A DNA stretch of 64,000 bases from Candidatus Bacteroides merdigallinarum (GCA_019116285.1 DXBX01000002.1:4417-68416); one strand, 5' to 3'. Numbered from the stretch's first letter, positions 48,034-59,340 are shown. Made by a program: numbers and translations. The notes: generated by a model not told the origin, from the letters alone.

Positions 48034-51000
48034 ATGCCATTTAACAACCTTTTTTCGACTCAAGACCGTATGGATACACAATCGACATCATGGAAAGTCA
48101 TCTCCATCTTCATCAGCAGCACTTTTCTCGATATGGACATGGAGCGCGACTACTTGAAATATTATGTTCTCCCCCGATTGGAAACAGAATTCGCCGCCTA
48201 CCGGCTTTCTTTCCAACTCATAGATTTACGATGGGGTGTCGTGACTTCCGACATAGAGCAGGAGCAAGAAAAACAAGCTGCCGTCTTGAACGTTTGTTTC
48301 AACGAAATCAAACGAAGCCGCCCTTACTTCATCGGGCTTATTGGCGAAAGATATGGTTGGATACCTCCCGCACAAAGCATCAAGGAAGTCATGAGTCGAT
48401 TGAATGACGAAGAGCGAACGCTTTTTGAGCAAACGGAAGACACCAGTATCACTGAACTGGAAATGCAATTCGGCGGATTAGGCACGCCGGAGCTGCTGCA
48501 AAACAGTTTGTTCTACTTCCGCGACCCACAGTCTTATGTCCATATGGATGAGAAAACGCGACAATGCTACAGCGATCTTGCCCGCCTTGAAGGACGCGAA
48601 ACGCAACGCAAGATTGCCCAAAAATTGACAAATTTGAAGGAGAAAATCCGAACGAAATTCTCAGAGGCCGGCTTGGAGGACTCTGTCCATGAATATGCGT
48701 TGGAGTGGACAGGAGACGGTTTCAAAGGATTGGACGTCTGGGGCGATCAGGTTTTCAACGATTTGAAAAAGAGACTGTTGACACACGAAATAGCCAACCG
48801 TACACGGGTAATCAACGATAAAGACGAACAGGAGGAAGAAGCATTCCGCCTGTTTGTGAGCAAACATATCGAACAGTTCACAGGACGCCGGCCTCTCATC
48901 AACCGCCACATTGATTGTTTCCTGCAACAATTGCAAACGGAATTTCCGAATGACTTCTATGGAGGGAAATGGGGTGATGGATATGAATTCCGAACTTGGG
49001 AAAATTCAAATTCCGATTATCATCATTCCCTATTGACGGGGCGTTCAGGCAAGGGAAAAAGTTCCTTGTTTTGCCAGTTTTACGACTATATGGACAAACA
49101 TTTGCCGGTCAATGTCATCTTGTTGGGACACAGCGCAGGAGTAACTCCAGAGTCTTGTCATCTTTACTCCATGTTCCGACACTTCTGCAAGCAATTGGCC
49201 CGACGTATGCATATAGACTATACCGAACCCGACGCAGGCAAGGAAAGTATTTCCCAATACACCCAACACCTGCGCAACGATTTCGATAAGCTTTGTCAGG
49301 CGGCAGCAAAACGCAACCTACACGTCGCCATTATGATTGATGCCCTTGACCGTTTCTTAGACGACAAAGCTGTACTCTCACTTTCATTTCTATTGAACTT
49401 ACGTAAAGTAGAGTTGGGAAATCCAAAACGTAGCCTTATCCATTTTGATACTATGCAAAAAGCCACCTATGTCCGCCTATTTTGGGGAACCTGCACAGAG
49501 GAATACTTGAAAAAAGAAATAGAACCATATTTCAAGCTAACGGATGAATACTCATTCTTAAAAGTAGAATACCTGGAAGATTATAGCCGGGGAGATGCCA
49601 CAGCCTTGCTGAAAAGAGTCTTGGCCAATTCTGGTAAAGAACTGCCCGAAACTATCACCCAGAAACTACTGAACAAGCAAAATGCACACGGCAACCGGGC
49701 TTACGGCTCACCTCTTTGGATTATCCTGGCTACCAACATACTTTCAGCTATTGACAGCTATGACTTTTCCATGATGCGTCAATCCTCTGCCATCAATGAA
49801 GAAGAGAAAATCACCCTCTTCTTGGAGAACATGGTTGATGAATTTAGTTGCGATCCACAAGAGCTGTTCCTCCAATTGCTGGATAAAGCGGCAAGACGTT
49901 TCGGGAAAAAATTGGTATATGAAACCTTAACATTCATAGCTTTTTCTTGGCATGGATTGAGCGACCACGAACTGGAAGAATTGATGGGTAAAGACTGGAA
50001 TGCAGTAGAATTTGCCGCATTCCGTCGTTGGTTTAGTTTCCTCATCAATGAATTTGAAAGTGAAGGCAAATGGAGCTTCGGACATAAACTTATACAAGAC
50101 GCTTTCAAACAAACTGTCCACCAACCTGCATCGCTTTACCAAAAATTGTATGCCCTAAGCCAGAAGCATGGCTCTGCCGACGAACAACTTTATTATCTGC
50201 TTCTCAGTCATGATGAGAAACAGACTATAGCCTACTTAAAGGATCACTGTAATAACAAATCACAATTATCCAATAGTCTCTTCTCGCTCGCCTCAATAGA
50301 GCGAGACTGTGTCTATCACGCAATTCGTTTGCTGATAGAAAACAGTGAAGAAGAACATGCTGACCAATTGCGGGATATCCTCGAGACACTCAAATACAGC
50401 GACTGTCTGCTAATCATACAAAAATTAGTCCGGGAAATTCCCTTGGAAAAGATGCCCTCACCTGTAGTGGAGCAACTAAAATACCTATGGGCCGATGATG
50501 AAAACCTATCGTGCGAAGAAAAGCTCCGCAGATGGTCACTCTACACCCATAAGACAAACCAAGGGAACCCCACAAAAGCCGAACAATTGACAGAAGCCCG
50601 ATTCCGCCTAGCCATCTGCTTAGCCAAAGGACAAATGTGGGAAGCACTACGTCTGGTCAAGCAATTTGAGCAAGAACACCGGACGGAATTTGAAAATTCA
50701 TTCTACCTGCCTCAAGAAAAACTGGCTCTGACATGTGCGGAGGCATTGCTGACAGCAGGCGTCTGGAAACAGGCAAAAGATATTACAAACGCACTGACAG
50801 ATAAACTTATCAATCGAGTAGAAAGCCACCCCGATGATATACCGAGTTTATTGCTGCTCGCCCGGATTTGCCAAGTTCAGAAAGACTTGCTCAGACCTTA
50901 TATTTCATCCTACCCGGAAATAACCGAGAAGGAAGCCCAGAAATATGAAGATACTTTCCAAGAGATTCTACTGCAACTTTTTTCCAATGCATCTCTACCG

Positions 51001-53220
51001 CTCAATCAAGAAACAAAAGAATACCTACTTGAAAAAGGAGAAGAGAAGCACCGCTCTCTGACTGCACTGACACGAACGACCAACGCTTTCTCTTTTAAGT
51101 TCACTTTATCTAATGAAGGGAATACAGAAGTCTGGATAAACGAACTGCAAGAAAGCGATTTTCAATATGCGCCGACAGTAATCCTCTGCTATGGCAATCT
51201 ACAACAGGACCTTGCCCTTAAATTACAATTGATACGCGCCATCCCCTCCCAATGCAAGGAGTTGACCGAAGGCATCCGCAAAACATGGAGTCTGACTATG
51301 TACCAACTTTCTGCAGAGCGTGTAAAAACATGTACAGATTCCCGAAGAAGAGAGGAATTCGTCATACAATTTTTAAAAGATTACCGTCAATATGTAGCCG
51401 AATGGATACAGGGAATCTATGGTTTGCACCTAACTTTCGACATTTACAAATTTCAAATTTGCTTCGAAAATTTGCCTAATGAAGAATTTATAACTTATGA
51501 AGATGTACAAGAAGACCTACTTAAGCTATCCAAGCGAAAAGACAAGGAAATCAAACGACTCTGCGCTCTCTTCTATTTAAGTAACGACCACTATGAAGAG
51601 GCCTCACGATTGCTGGAAGGAGAAACCGACAAAGAATATCTGATGTTATGGATTCTCTCACAATTACTTTCTCCCATTAAAGACGACCACACAAGAAAAG
51701 ACAAGGCCATAATTACGCACCAAACAGACGTTTTAATACAGCGTTTGAAAAGGGATTATGCTAAGATATTTACTCCACAAGAAAAAGCATATCTCTTTTC
51801 CTCCCTATATCTTCACAAAGCGATGTCCCTCATCACCAACTTAGTAGATGCTTTCTTTTTCTCTGATGAAGATGAAATTGAAGACAAGAATGGAGGAAAT
51901 ACACCAGATGAACACCTAAAGGAGAAAATTCAAGAAGACTTACAAAAGGCCGAACAATGGCTAACCAGCATTGACCGCACAGCATGGAATAACAATCTGA
52001 AAGAAGTAGCCATCCTATTTTATACACACAGCGCTTTTTTTGAAACCTACACGCACTTCAGGTGGCCTACGATAGATATGCGCAATTATAAACCAGCTTT
52101 TATCGACCCAACTGTACTGAAGCGAGCTAAAGCTTGTATGAAACAAGCTAAAGATATTTGGAATGAATTTCCCAAGAGTGACTTTACCCCCGTGCTTCCC
52201 GCCATAATAGCTTTGTCACAAGCCGCTATTTGCACAGCTACCGGAAATATGGAAGAAGCCATCACTGCCTTCAACCGTTTTTTCGACAATAGCAATGAAT
52301 ATGACTTTAGCGGAATGGGCAGTATCGTACGCGATTTTTGGGTTGTCAACAAACTAAACTATAACCCACAACTTATTTATCAAGACGATACACTTGATCC
52401 TGAAGCCAAAGCTGACAAATTTTTAACCTATATGAACCCTAGAGGAGCATGGAATGTCCTATTAGAAGAAGCAAACTCTTGGGCTTGGAATTGGAAAGAT
52501 ATCCGTGAAGAAGAACTCGTCTACCGTTATCGGGTATCCAAAAAATTGAGTCTGCTGATTAATGATGCTCTGGAAACAGATCCGGATGATCAAGACCCAA
52601 ATGACAATAGTCCGAAAAGAGAAACAAAGAACAAAGAAAAGCTGAATGAACTTTTCCGACATGTCTATTATGCTGTCTTGCTATCAGAATCAGAGAAACT
52701 ACGTCAACGCATTATAGAGGACTGGCATAATTATAAACATAATGATACTTTCCGAATGAACTTTACTTCCATCCCCGACATATTGGAACAAAACCGATAT
52801 ACTTTTTTACTGAAAATGCTGGAAGAAACAGGGATATTCACGCCTCGCTTGCGTTTTTATCATGCACTTTGCTTATTCAACCAAGAGAAAAATTTATCCA
52901 AAGCCATCCGCTTGCTGGAAACATTAGCTACAGAAAACACTACTTCACCTGAGCTAAGACAGCTGTGTAACATAAACCGACTGATTGGCTATCTGAAGAC
53001 ACGCGATTTGCCTGCTTTTGCCCGCCTCTATGCCAGCGACTCCATCTTAACCATCCAAGACAGATGCTCTGTAAAAGCATTGCAACATACGTATAAGCAG
53101 CTGGCATTAGCAGAAAACTATTGGCATACACCTGCTTGGAAGAGATTTTTCAAAAAGAAGCAGCCACTACCCGAGACTTTCTCCGTGCCTTATGATAAAG
53201 GCGTATTATACCTCATCTAA
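48034..53220 (+). CDS. DUF4062 plus NACHT/STAND-like P-loop ATPase plus long alpha-helical C-terminus (NLR-like)
   Basis: N-terminal IFISSTFLDMDMER, IDLRWGV, PYFIGLIGERYGW and SITELE. Walker A GRSGKGKS, Walker B IMIDALD, GSPLWI and FGHKLI. Alternative start at 48070. Confidence 0.82.
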   Translation: MPFNNLFSTQDRMDTQSTSWKVISIFISSTFLDMDMERDYLKYYVLPRLETEFAAYRLSFQLIDLRWGVVTSDIEQEQEKQAAVLNVCFNEIKRSRPYFIGLIGERYGWIPPAQSIKEVMSRLNDEERTLFEQTEDTSITELEMQFGGLGTPELLQNSLFYFRDPQSYVHMDEKTRQCYSDLARLEGRETQRKIAQKLTNLKEKIRTKFSEAGLEDSVHEYALEWTGDGFKGLDVWGDQVFNDLKKRLLTHEIANRTRVINDKDEQEEEAFRLFVSKHIEQFTGRRPLINRHIDCFLQQLQTEFPNDFYGGKWGDGYEFRTWENSNSDYHHSLLTGRSGKGKSSLFCQFYDYMDKHLPVNVILLGHSAGVTPESCHLYSMFRHFCKQLARRMHIDYTEPDAGKESISQYTQHLRNDFDKLCQAAAKRNLHVAIMIDALDRFLDDKAVLSLSFLLNLRKVELGNPKRSLIHFDTMQKATYVRLFWGTCTEEYLKKEIEPYFKLTDEYSFLKVEYLEDYSRGDATALLKRVLANSGKELPETITQKLLNKQNAHGNRAYGSPLWIILATNILSAIDSYDFSMMRQSSAINEEEKITLFLENMVDEFSCDPQELFLQLLDKAARRFGKKLVYETLTFIAFSWHGLSDHELEELMGKDWNAVEFAAFRRWFSFLINEFESEGKWSFGHKLIQDAFKQTVHQPASLYQKLYALSQKHGSADEQLYYLLLSHDEKQTIAYLKDHCNNKSQLSNSLFSLASIERDCVYHAIRLLIENSEEEHADQLRDILETLKYSDCLLIIQKLVREIPLEKMPSPVVEQLKYLWADDENLSCEEKLRRWSLYTHKTNQGNPTKAEQLTEARFRLAICLAKGQMWEALRLVKQFEQEHRTEFENSFYLPQEKLALTCAEALLTAGVWKQAKDITNALTDKLINRVESHPDDIPSLLLLARICQVQKDLLRPYISSYPEITEKEAQKYEDTFQEILLQLFSNASLPLNQETKEYLLEKGEEKHRSLTALTRTTNAFSFKFTLSNEGNTEVWINELQESDFQYAPTVILCYGNLQQDLALKLQLIRAIPSQCKELTEGIRKTWSLTMYQLSAERVKTCTDSRRREEFVIQFLKDYRQYVAEWIQGIYGLHLTFDIYKFQICFENLPNEEFITYEDVQEDLLKLSKRKDKEIKRLCALFYLSNDHYEEASRLLEGETDKEYLMLWILSQLLSPIKDDHTRKDKAIITHQTDVLIQRLKRDYAKIFTPQEKAYLFSSLYLHKAMSLITNLVDAFFFSDEDEIEDKNGGNTPDEHLKEKIQEDLQKAEQWLTSIDRTAWNNNLKEVAILFYTHSAFFETYTHFRWPTIDMRNYKPAFIDPTVLKRAKACMKQAKDIWNEFPKSDFTPVLPAIIALSQAAICTATGNMEEAITAFNRFFDNSNEYDFSGMGSIVRDFWVVNKLNYNPQLIYQDDTLDPEAKADKFLTYMNPRGAWNVLLEEANSWAWNWKDIREEELVYRYRVSKKLSLLINDALETDPDDQDPNDNSPKRETKNKEKLNELFRHVYYAVLLSESEKLRQRIIEDWHNYKHNDTFRMNFTSIPDILEQNRYTFLLKMLEETGIFTPRLRFYHALCLFNQEKNLSKAIRLLETLATENTTSPELRQLCNINRLIGYLKTRDLPAFARLYASDSILTIQDRCSVKALQHTYKQLALAENYWHTPAWKRFFKKKQPLPETFSVPYDKGVLYLI

Positions 53221-53241
53221 CCGGGATATTCGTTCCTCCAT

Positions 53242-56200
53242 TCAACGCAAAGCCTCGTAAATGGCTTGCTGAATGCGGGTACGGATATCCAAACGGGATA
53301 GTTTATTATTCCACACGTTCGGGAAAATACGGTTAGAAAGAAATATATAAACCAAGTGATTATCGGGGTCTACCCAGGCACAGGTACCCGTAAAGCCTGT
53401 ATGCCCGTAAACCGATGCAGGAGCCTCTTCGCAACAAGGACTACGACGGGGATTGCGACGATCCGGCTTGTCAAAACCAAGGCCACGGCGACTGGTGCGG
53501 GATAATGTGGTGGTAAAGACACGACATGTCTCCGGACTTAGGTAACGACGCCCATTCAGTTCACCTCCATTCAGCAACATCTGATAGAGCAAAGCCTGCT
53601 CGTGAGCGTTGGAGAAAAGTCCTGCATTGCCCGAGACTCCGCCAAGGAATGCCGCAGACTCGTCGTGGACAAAGCCTTGAAGAGTGTCCTTCCGCAAAAA
53701 AGGATCGACTGACGAGGGAATGATAATGCGTCGAGGCAGGTGCTCCAAAGGGCGATAACAAGTGTGTGTCAACCCCATGGGCCGGTAAAACTCACGGTCA
53801 AGAAACTCATCCATCTGCATGCCTGCACGGGCTTCCACCAACTGTTGCAACAAAATGAAGCCCACACAGCTATAACGATAACGGCGACTCAACAACGGAG
53901 CATCGGCTATCTGTTGCAGATAGGTTCGTTTAAAACTCGGATTCAACCACAGACTATCAGCCAACTGCCACGTACAAGAGTCGGTACGCACAGCTGAAGC
54001 CAATCCCTCATGAAAGCTGAAATCCGGATTCGCCCACGTCCGCCCACCGATGCGGGCCGAATGATTCACATCGCGGGCACCCCGAAACAAAGCTCCTTCA
54101 TAGCTATCCTCGTCGATAGCCTCCCGATAGAACAAAATGGTGGACGGCAACCCCGATTCGTGGAGCAGCAATTGACGCACCGTAATATCCCGTTTGTCCG
54201 TATCCAGCAAGAACGGTAAATAGTCAGACACACGGTCGGTCAAACTGAGTCGTCCCCGGTCGTAAAGTTTCATCACTGCTAACAAGGTAGCACTGGTTTT
54301 AGTCATCGAAGCGATATCATAGACATCCCCCGGGGTGACCGGGATGCTATCCTCGCCAGTTCGGGTGCCTCCACAATGGGTGCCGAAGGCCTTATTATAA
54401 ATTTCATAGCCATCCTTCAACACGGCAATCTGGCAACCGGGATAAGCACCTTCCGCAATGCCTTCCTCGGCAATCCGGTCGATAGCGGACAAACGGTCGG
54501 CATCCACACCCAAATCGTTCAAAGAGCGATAAGGTTGCCGGACAGCAGCCTCCAACGTCCGTCCTTCACCGGACTTAAACCAACGCCCCACTGCAGCCGA
54601 CAAACGCCCATCCGCCCCGGCCTTTCCGGTTAGAATCGCTGCCACCCGATGCTGAATCTCGGTATCGGCCGCATGCGCCAAAACTAAAGCATCAGGCGCC
54701 GGACCAAAATCACGGGGTACTTGCTGACCGGAAACGAATAATATGTAAATCAAAGGGACATCGGGCAAATAACGGGTAAAAAACGTGCGATAATTCTTCA
54801 GATGACGATCGGGAAAGCATACCAACACACGCTCATAAGCCGACAGCTTCTTCCGCAAGGTTTGCAGGGCGGCATCGGACATTCCCTTTGCCAGACGGAA
54901 CACATCCATATGTACGCTGCGCGACAATTCCGTCTGAAAAGGTGCAAGGATCTCCGTCTCCCCTACTTGAAGCAAAGCTATCCGCCGGGAGGAGAGGTCT
55001 AGTGGCAACAAAGAATCTCCTTTCTCCACCACGGTGATGGCAGCTTGCTTCAACTGCCGCATCAATGCCCGGCAATGAGGAGTGTTCAACCGACTCTCCA
55101 AGCCGGACAGATGGACCTGTGGCTTTTGAGTCAGTCCTAAGGCATATTTATAGGTCAACACTTTGCGGCATTTCCGATCAATTTCCGCTTCCGGCAACTC
55201 ACCCCTGCGGACAGCGGCCAACACAGCATCCAGTTCACCACCCAGACTACGAGGAACCAGCAAAAGATCGTCGCCGGCTTTTAGCGCCTGCAAACACAAG
55301 TGTCCCTGTCCAGATACTCCCCGCATGGCCAACGCATCGGTAAAGACCAATCCCTTAAAGCCCAATTCTTCGCCCAAGACCTCCGTCACAATCCGCCATG
55401 AAAGCGATGCCGGGACACCGGGTTGAGGATCCAAAGCAGGCACCTCCAAATGGCCCACCATGATGCCACCCAAGCCGGCGCGGATAACCCGACGGAAAGG
55501 ATACAGCTCCACACTATCTAGACGCTCACGGGTAAAAGGCAAGACCGGCAGAGCTTTATGAGAATCCACATCCGTATCCCCATGGCCGGGAAAATGTTTG
55601 CTGACAGACAACACTCGTCCGGATTCCAAGCCGCGACTATAAGCCACCACCTTGCGTGCCACCTCTGCCGGATCTTCTCCAAAAGACCGGGTATTGATGA
55701 CGGGATTGTCCGGATTGATGTTTACGTCGGCAACCGGAGCGAAATTGACCTGCACACCTATCTCGCGACACTGGCGGGCCACTTCACGGCCGTATTCATA
55801 CAACAAGCTATCGTTGCGGATACATCCCAGCACCATGTTACGCGGGAAGGAAGGTGTTCCACGCAGCCGCATGGCCAATCCCCATTCCCCGTCAAAGGTG
55901 ATAAGCAACGGCACGTCGGCCATTTGCTGCGCCTCGTTGGTCAACTTCACTTGGTTCTCCAGCAAACCGCCGGAAAAGAGCAGACCGCCTATCTTGTACT
56001 CTTGCACCACCTTGCGCAGAAGTTCCATATTAGGTTTATTCTGTTGCGGTGCAATGGTATAAATGAAAAGCTGGCCGATGCGTTCTTTCAAACTCATCCG
56101 CTGCATCACCGAATCGACCCACTGACGGCAATCTTCATTCTGCTGTAAAGAAGAGACCAAAACCGGCTCCTCCATCGGCAGCGGCAATGAATCAATGGGT

Positions 56201-56280
56201 AAAAAACGACACTGAGCCGACACCTGGCACGAGAGCATGCACACTATACTCCATGCCGATAAATACCTAAGCCACTTCAT
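53242..56280 (-). CDS. GH3 beta-N-acetylglucosaminidase fused to a beta-lactamase-family serine hydrolase (paralog B)
   Basis: GH3 motifs KHFPGHGDTDVDSH and FTDAL. Hydrolase motifs SMTK (SxxK), YSC and GHTGFTG. Confidence 0.92.
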   Translation of the reverse strand: MKWLRYLSAWSIVCMLSCQVSAQCRFLPIDSLPLPMEEPVLVSSLQQNEDCRQWVDSVMQRMSLKERIGQLFIYTIAPQQNKPNMELLRKVVQEYKIGGLLFSGGLLENQVKLTNEAQQMADVPLLITFDGEWGLAMRLRGTPSFPRNMVLGCIRNDSLLYEYGREVARQCREIGVQVNFAPVADVNINPDNPVINTRSFGEDPAEVARKVVAYSRGLESGRVLSVSKHFPGHGDTDVDSHKALPVLPFTRERLDSVELYPFRRVIRAGLGGIMVGHLEVPALDPQPGVPASLSWRIVTEVLGEELGFKGLVFTDALAMRGVSGQGHLCLQALKAGDDLLLVPRSLGGELDAVLAAVRRGELPEAEIDRKCRKVLTYKYALGLTQKPQVHLSGLESRLNTPHCRALMRQLKQAAITVVEKGDSLLPLDLSSRRIALLQVGETEILAPFQTELSRSVHMDVFRLAKGMSDAALQTLRKKLSAYERVLVCFPDRHLKNYRTFFTRYLPDVPLIYILFVSGQQVPRDFGPAPDALVLAHAADTEIQHRVAAILTGKAGADGRLSAAVGRWFKSGEGRTLEAAVRQPYRSLNDLGVDADRLSAIDRIAEEGIAEGAYPGCQIAVLKDGYEIYNKAFGTHCGGTRTGEDSIPVTPGDVYDIASMTKTSATLLAVMKLYDRGRLSLTDRVSDYLPFLLDTDKRDITVRQLLLHESGLPSTILFYREAIDEDSYEGALFRGARDVNHSARIGGRTWANPDFSFHEGLASAVRTDSCTWQLADSLWLNPSFKRTYLQQIADAPLLSRRYRYSCVGFILLQQLVEARAGMQMDEFLDREFYRPMGLTHTCYRPLEHLPRRIIIPSSVDPFLRKDTLQGFVHDESAAFLGGVSGNAGLFSNAHEQALLYQMLLNGGELNGRRYLSPETCRVFTTTLSRTSRRGLGFDKPDRRNPRRSPCCEEAPASVYGHTGFTGTCAWVDPDNHLVYIFLSNRIFPNVWNNKLSRLDIRTRIQQAIYEALR

Positions 56281-59200
56281 TACCGTGCCTCCTCCGAGTA
56301 CAAACTCTTATATATCAGTTCTTGTATATCCGTACGGATGTCCATGTCGCCCAACTTCGTATTCCACACATTAGGACACACACGGTTACTAAGGAAGACA
56401 TAAACTGTCCGGCTTCCCGGATCTACCCATGCACAAGTCCCCGTGAAGCCCGTATGGCCATAAACGGACTCGGGAGCAGAAGGCGCACAAGGGCTACGCT
56501 TCACGATGGCTACGTCCGGCTTGTCAAAACCTAATCCCCGCCGACTGATCAGCGACTTCTCCGTAGTGAAAAGCCGGCAGGTTTCCTCACTCAGGTAGCG
56601 TTTTCCCTGCCAGATACCGCCATCCAACAACATCTGGTAGATGGCCGCCACTTCCTCTGCCGTAGAAAACAATCCGGCATGACCGGCAACACCACCCATG
56701 AAAGCTGCAGCCTCATCATGCACATAGCCGCAAAGGTCCTGACGGCGCAGGAAATCATTGAAGGCCGTCGGCATGATTTCCGATTTTGGGAATTTCTCCA
56801 ACGGACAGAACAAGGTACGCTCCAAGCCCATCGGAGCATAGAAGTTTTCCGTCACATAGACATCCAGCGGTTGCTTCGTGAGTTGCTCCACGATCTGTTG
56901 CAACAGGATGAAGCCTAAGTCACTGTAAATATAACGCTTGCGGTCCAGGTGGCTGCGGGCAATCTCCTTCAGGATGCTCTGCTTGAATTTACCATCCAGC
57001 CACATGCCGTCAGCCACGTGCAAGGTATGCGTACGAGTCTGCTTATCAGACATCAAGCCTTTCTTGAACTTAAAGTCCGAACAATAATAACTATGCTCAC
57101 TGACCCGCGTATGATGCCATTTGTCCTCCCAACTCTGCGCATATGGTCCATGCACGGAATTAGGATCGATGGCCTCCATATAGAAACGGATGTGAGGCGC
57201 CAGCCCCGACTCGTGCAAGAGTAGCTCGCGGATGGTAATATTCCGCTTATCTGTTCCACGCAGGAAGGACAAGTAGGCCGAAGCCTTGTCATCCAATTTC
57301 AACCGGCCCTCATCATAGAGTTTCATCACGGCCAGCAGGGTAGCCGTAGTCTTGGTCATGGAAGCCAAATCGAAAAGGTCAGTGGAGCGTACAGCAGTCG
57401 TATCGCTGTTCGAATGACAACCAAAGCCCCGGTCATAGACTGTCTTCCCGTCCTTCCATATCAGAATGCGGCAACCTGGATAAGCACCGGCCTCCAGCCC
57501 TTGGGTAGCAATACGGTTAATGCCTTCCAGCACATACGACTTCATGCCGTAATCATCCGGCAATACGGACATTGGCTTCATATCCGTCCGAATATCGCAA
57601 CCGGCTCCCACCGGGAACAATCTGCCGACACTCATCGCCAACCTTCCATGCGCCTCTGCTTCTGCAAAAAGCACCCGGGCCACATGACGCTGCAAATCAC
57701 CTTCGGCCGAATGAGCCAGCACTACGGCATTGGCTTTTGCCAAGGCAGGCGCCATCAACGGCAACAACCGATAGGAAGTGAAGAATGTATATACCAGCGG
57801 CGCCCGCAAATTCAGTCCGGCCAAAAAAGCGACATCCGCCTCACCGGCATAATTGACGCCGGCAATGCTGACCACCACACGGCTATACGGAGCCAACTTC
57901 CGCTTCAACGCTATCTGCTCCTCCTCGGAAGCATTCCACGGCAAGCGGAAGCAGTCAATGCCTCCCCGAGCCTGCATGGCTGCCACAAAAGCCGAGTCTG
58001 CCTCCTGGTCGCCCATGCTAAGCACCGCCATGCCTCCTCCACCGACTGCGGGTGCCAAAGGAAGTACCCCGAAATAGTTGTCCAACACCGTTACGGCCTC
58101 CCGGCGCAAACCGGAAGCCAGTTGCCTAGCCTCGACGGTACAGATACGGTCTTTCAGTTCCTTGACCGGCAGTTTATCCGGCTTCTGCCGCAAACCCAAC
58201 CGATATTTCCAAGCCAGCACCTTGCGGCAACGGGCATCCACGTCGGCCTCGGTCAAGGTGCCTTCTTTGATGGCCTCCGTCACCTCATGCAAGGCCTTGA
58301 CGACCGCAGACTGTACCAACAACATGTCATTTCCCGCCTTCACCGCCTTGGCAAACAGACCGGGCACACGGGTCACTCCCCGCATGTCGAGCGCATCGGT
58401 AAACACCAGTCCCCGAAAACCCAGTTCGTCCTGCAACAAGTCTGTCACTATGGATTTCGACAACGATGAAGGCAGCAGGCTGTCCGACTCCAGCGCGGAG
58501 ACTTGCAGATGGCCTATCATCATACCGCCCAACCCTGCACGGATATATTCCCGAAAAGGATACAGCTCTACACTGTCCAGCCGGGCACGGTCATGGCGCA
58601 AGACAGGGAGGGTACGGTGTGAATCGGTATTGGTATCACCGTGGCCGGGGAAATGTTTGGCAACGGACAAGACTCCGCCACTCTCCAGGCCACGACTATA
58701 GGCCAACACTTTCTCCGTGACTGCCCGCGTATCCTCGCCAAAAGCGCGGACATTGATTACGGGATTCAAGGGATTGGTATTCACATCAGCCACCGGCGCG
58801 AAATTGACATGTACGCCCAACGCACGAAGTTCACGTGCCACCTCACGCCCGTATGCTTCTATCAGACTGTTGTCCGTGATACAGCCCAAGGTCGCATTAC
58901 GGGGGAACTCGGGAGCATCCGTCAAACGCATGGACAATCCCCACTCACCATCCACCGTAATCAGCATGGGAACCTTGGAATCTTTCTGCACCTGATTCGT
59001 CAAGAGGGCTTGTCCTTCTATGGTTCCCTTAGCGAACAACAAGCCACCTATCTTATATTTACGCACCCATTCCTTCAGCTGCTTCTTGGTCGCCTTATCA
59101 GCCACGGCCGGTACCCGGGGGATCAGCAACTGACCTATCTTCTCCTGCAGGCTCATCCGGGACATCACCGAATCCACCCATTGCCGGCACCGGGATTCAT

Positions 59201-59297
59201 CCGCCGCGGCCAGCCGTGGAGTAACCTGCGCCTGCACCGGGAGCATCATACACAGCATCCCCCACAGGCATCCCACTAAAAAAACGTATTTTCTCAT
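56280..59297 (-). CDS. GH3 beta-N-acetylglucosaminidase fused to a beta-lactamase-family serine hydrolase (paralog A)
   Basis: GH3 motifs KHFPGHGDTNTDSH and FTDAL. Hydrolase motifs SMTK, YSD and GHTGFTG. 1-bp TAATG overlap with paralog B. Confidence 0.92.
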   Translation of the reverse strand: MRKYVFLVGCLWGMLCMMLPVQAQVTPRLAAADESRCRQWVDSVMSRMSLQEKIGQLLIPRVPAVADKATKKQLKEWVRKYKIGGLLFAKGTIEGQALLTNQVQKDSKVPMLITVDGEWGLSMRLTDAPEFPRNATLGCITDNSLIEAYGREVARELRALGVHVNFAPVADVNTNPLNPVINVRAFGEDTRAVTEKVLAYSRGLESGGVLSVAKHFPGHGDTNTDSHRTLPVLRHDRARLDSVELYPFREYIRAGLGGMMIGHLQVSALESDSLLPSSLSKSIVTDLLQDELGFRGLVFTDALDMRGVTRVPGLFAKAVKAGNDMLLVQSAVVKALHEVTEAIKEGTLTEADVDARCRKVLAWKYRLGLRQKPDKLPVKELKDRICTVEARQLASGLRREAVTVLDNYFGVLPLAPAVGGGGMAVLSMGDQEADSAFVAAMQARGGIDCFRLPWNASEEEQIALKRKLAPYSRVVVSIAGVNYAGEADVAFLAGLNLRAPLVYTFFTSYRLLPLMAPALAKANAVVLAHSAEGDLQRHVARVLFAEAEAHGRLAMSVGRLFPVGAGCDIRTDMKPMSVLPDDYGMKSYVLEGINRIATQGLEAGAYPGCRILIWKDGKTVYDRGFGCHSNSDTTAVRSTDLFDLASMTKTTATLLAVMKLYDEGRLKLDDKASAYLSFLRGTDKRNITIRELLLHESGLAPHIRFYMEAIDPNSVHGPYAQSWEDKWHHTRVSEHSYYCSDFKFKKGLMSDKQTRTHTLHVADGMWLDGKFKQSILKEIARSHLDRKRYIYSDLGFILLQQIVEQLTKQPLDVYVTENFYAPMGLERTLFCPLEKFPKSEIMPTAFNDFLRRQDLCGYVHDEAAAFMGGVAGHAGLFSTAEEVAAIYQMLLDGGIWQGKRYLSEETCRLFTTEKSLISRRGLGFDKPDVAIVKRSPCAPSAPESVYGHTGFTGTCAWVDPGSRTVYVFLSNRVCPNVWNTKLGDMDIRTDIQELIYKSLYSEEAR

Positions 59298-59340
59298 AAA
59301 CGCTTTCCCTATTCCTTATTTTAAACGATACATCTATTCT

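Noticed and set aside
53242-59297. Beta-lactam resistance genes
   Set aside because: The beta-lactamase-fold domains are fused to GH3 NagZ and fit cell-wall-recycling serine hydrolases. Resistance cannot be inferred from the sequence.
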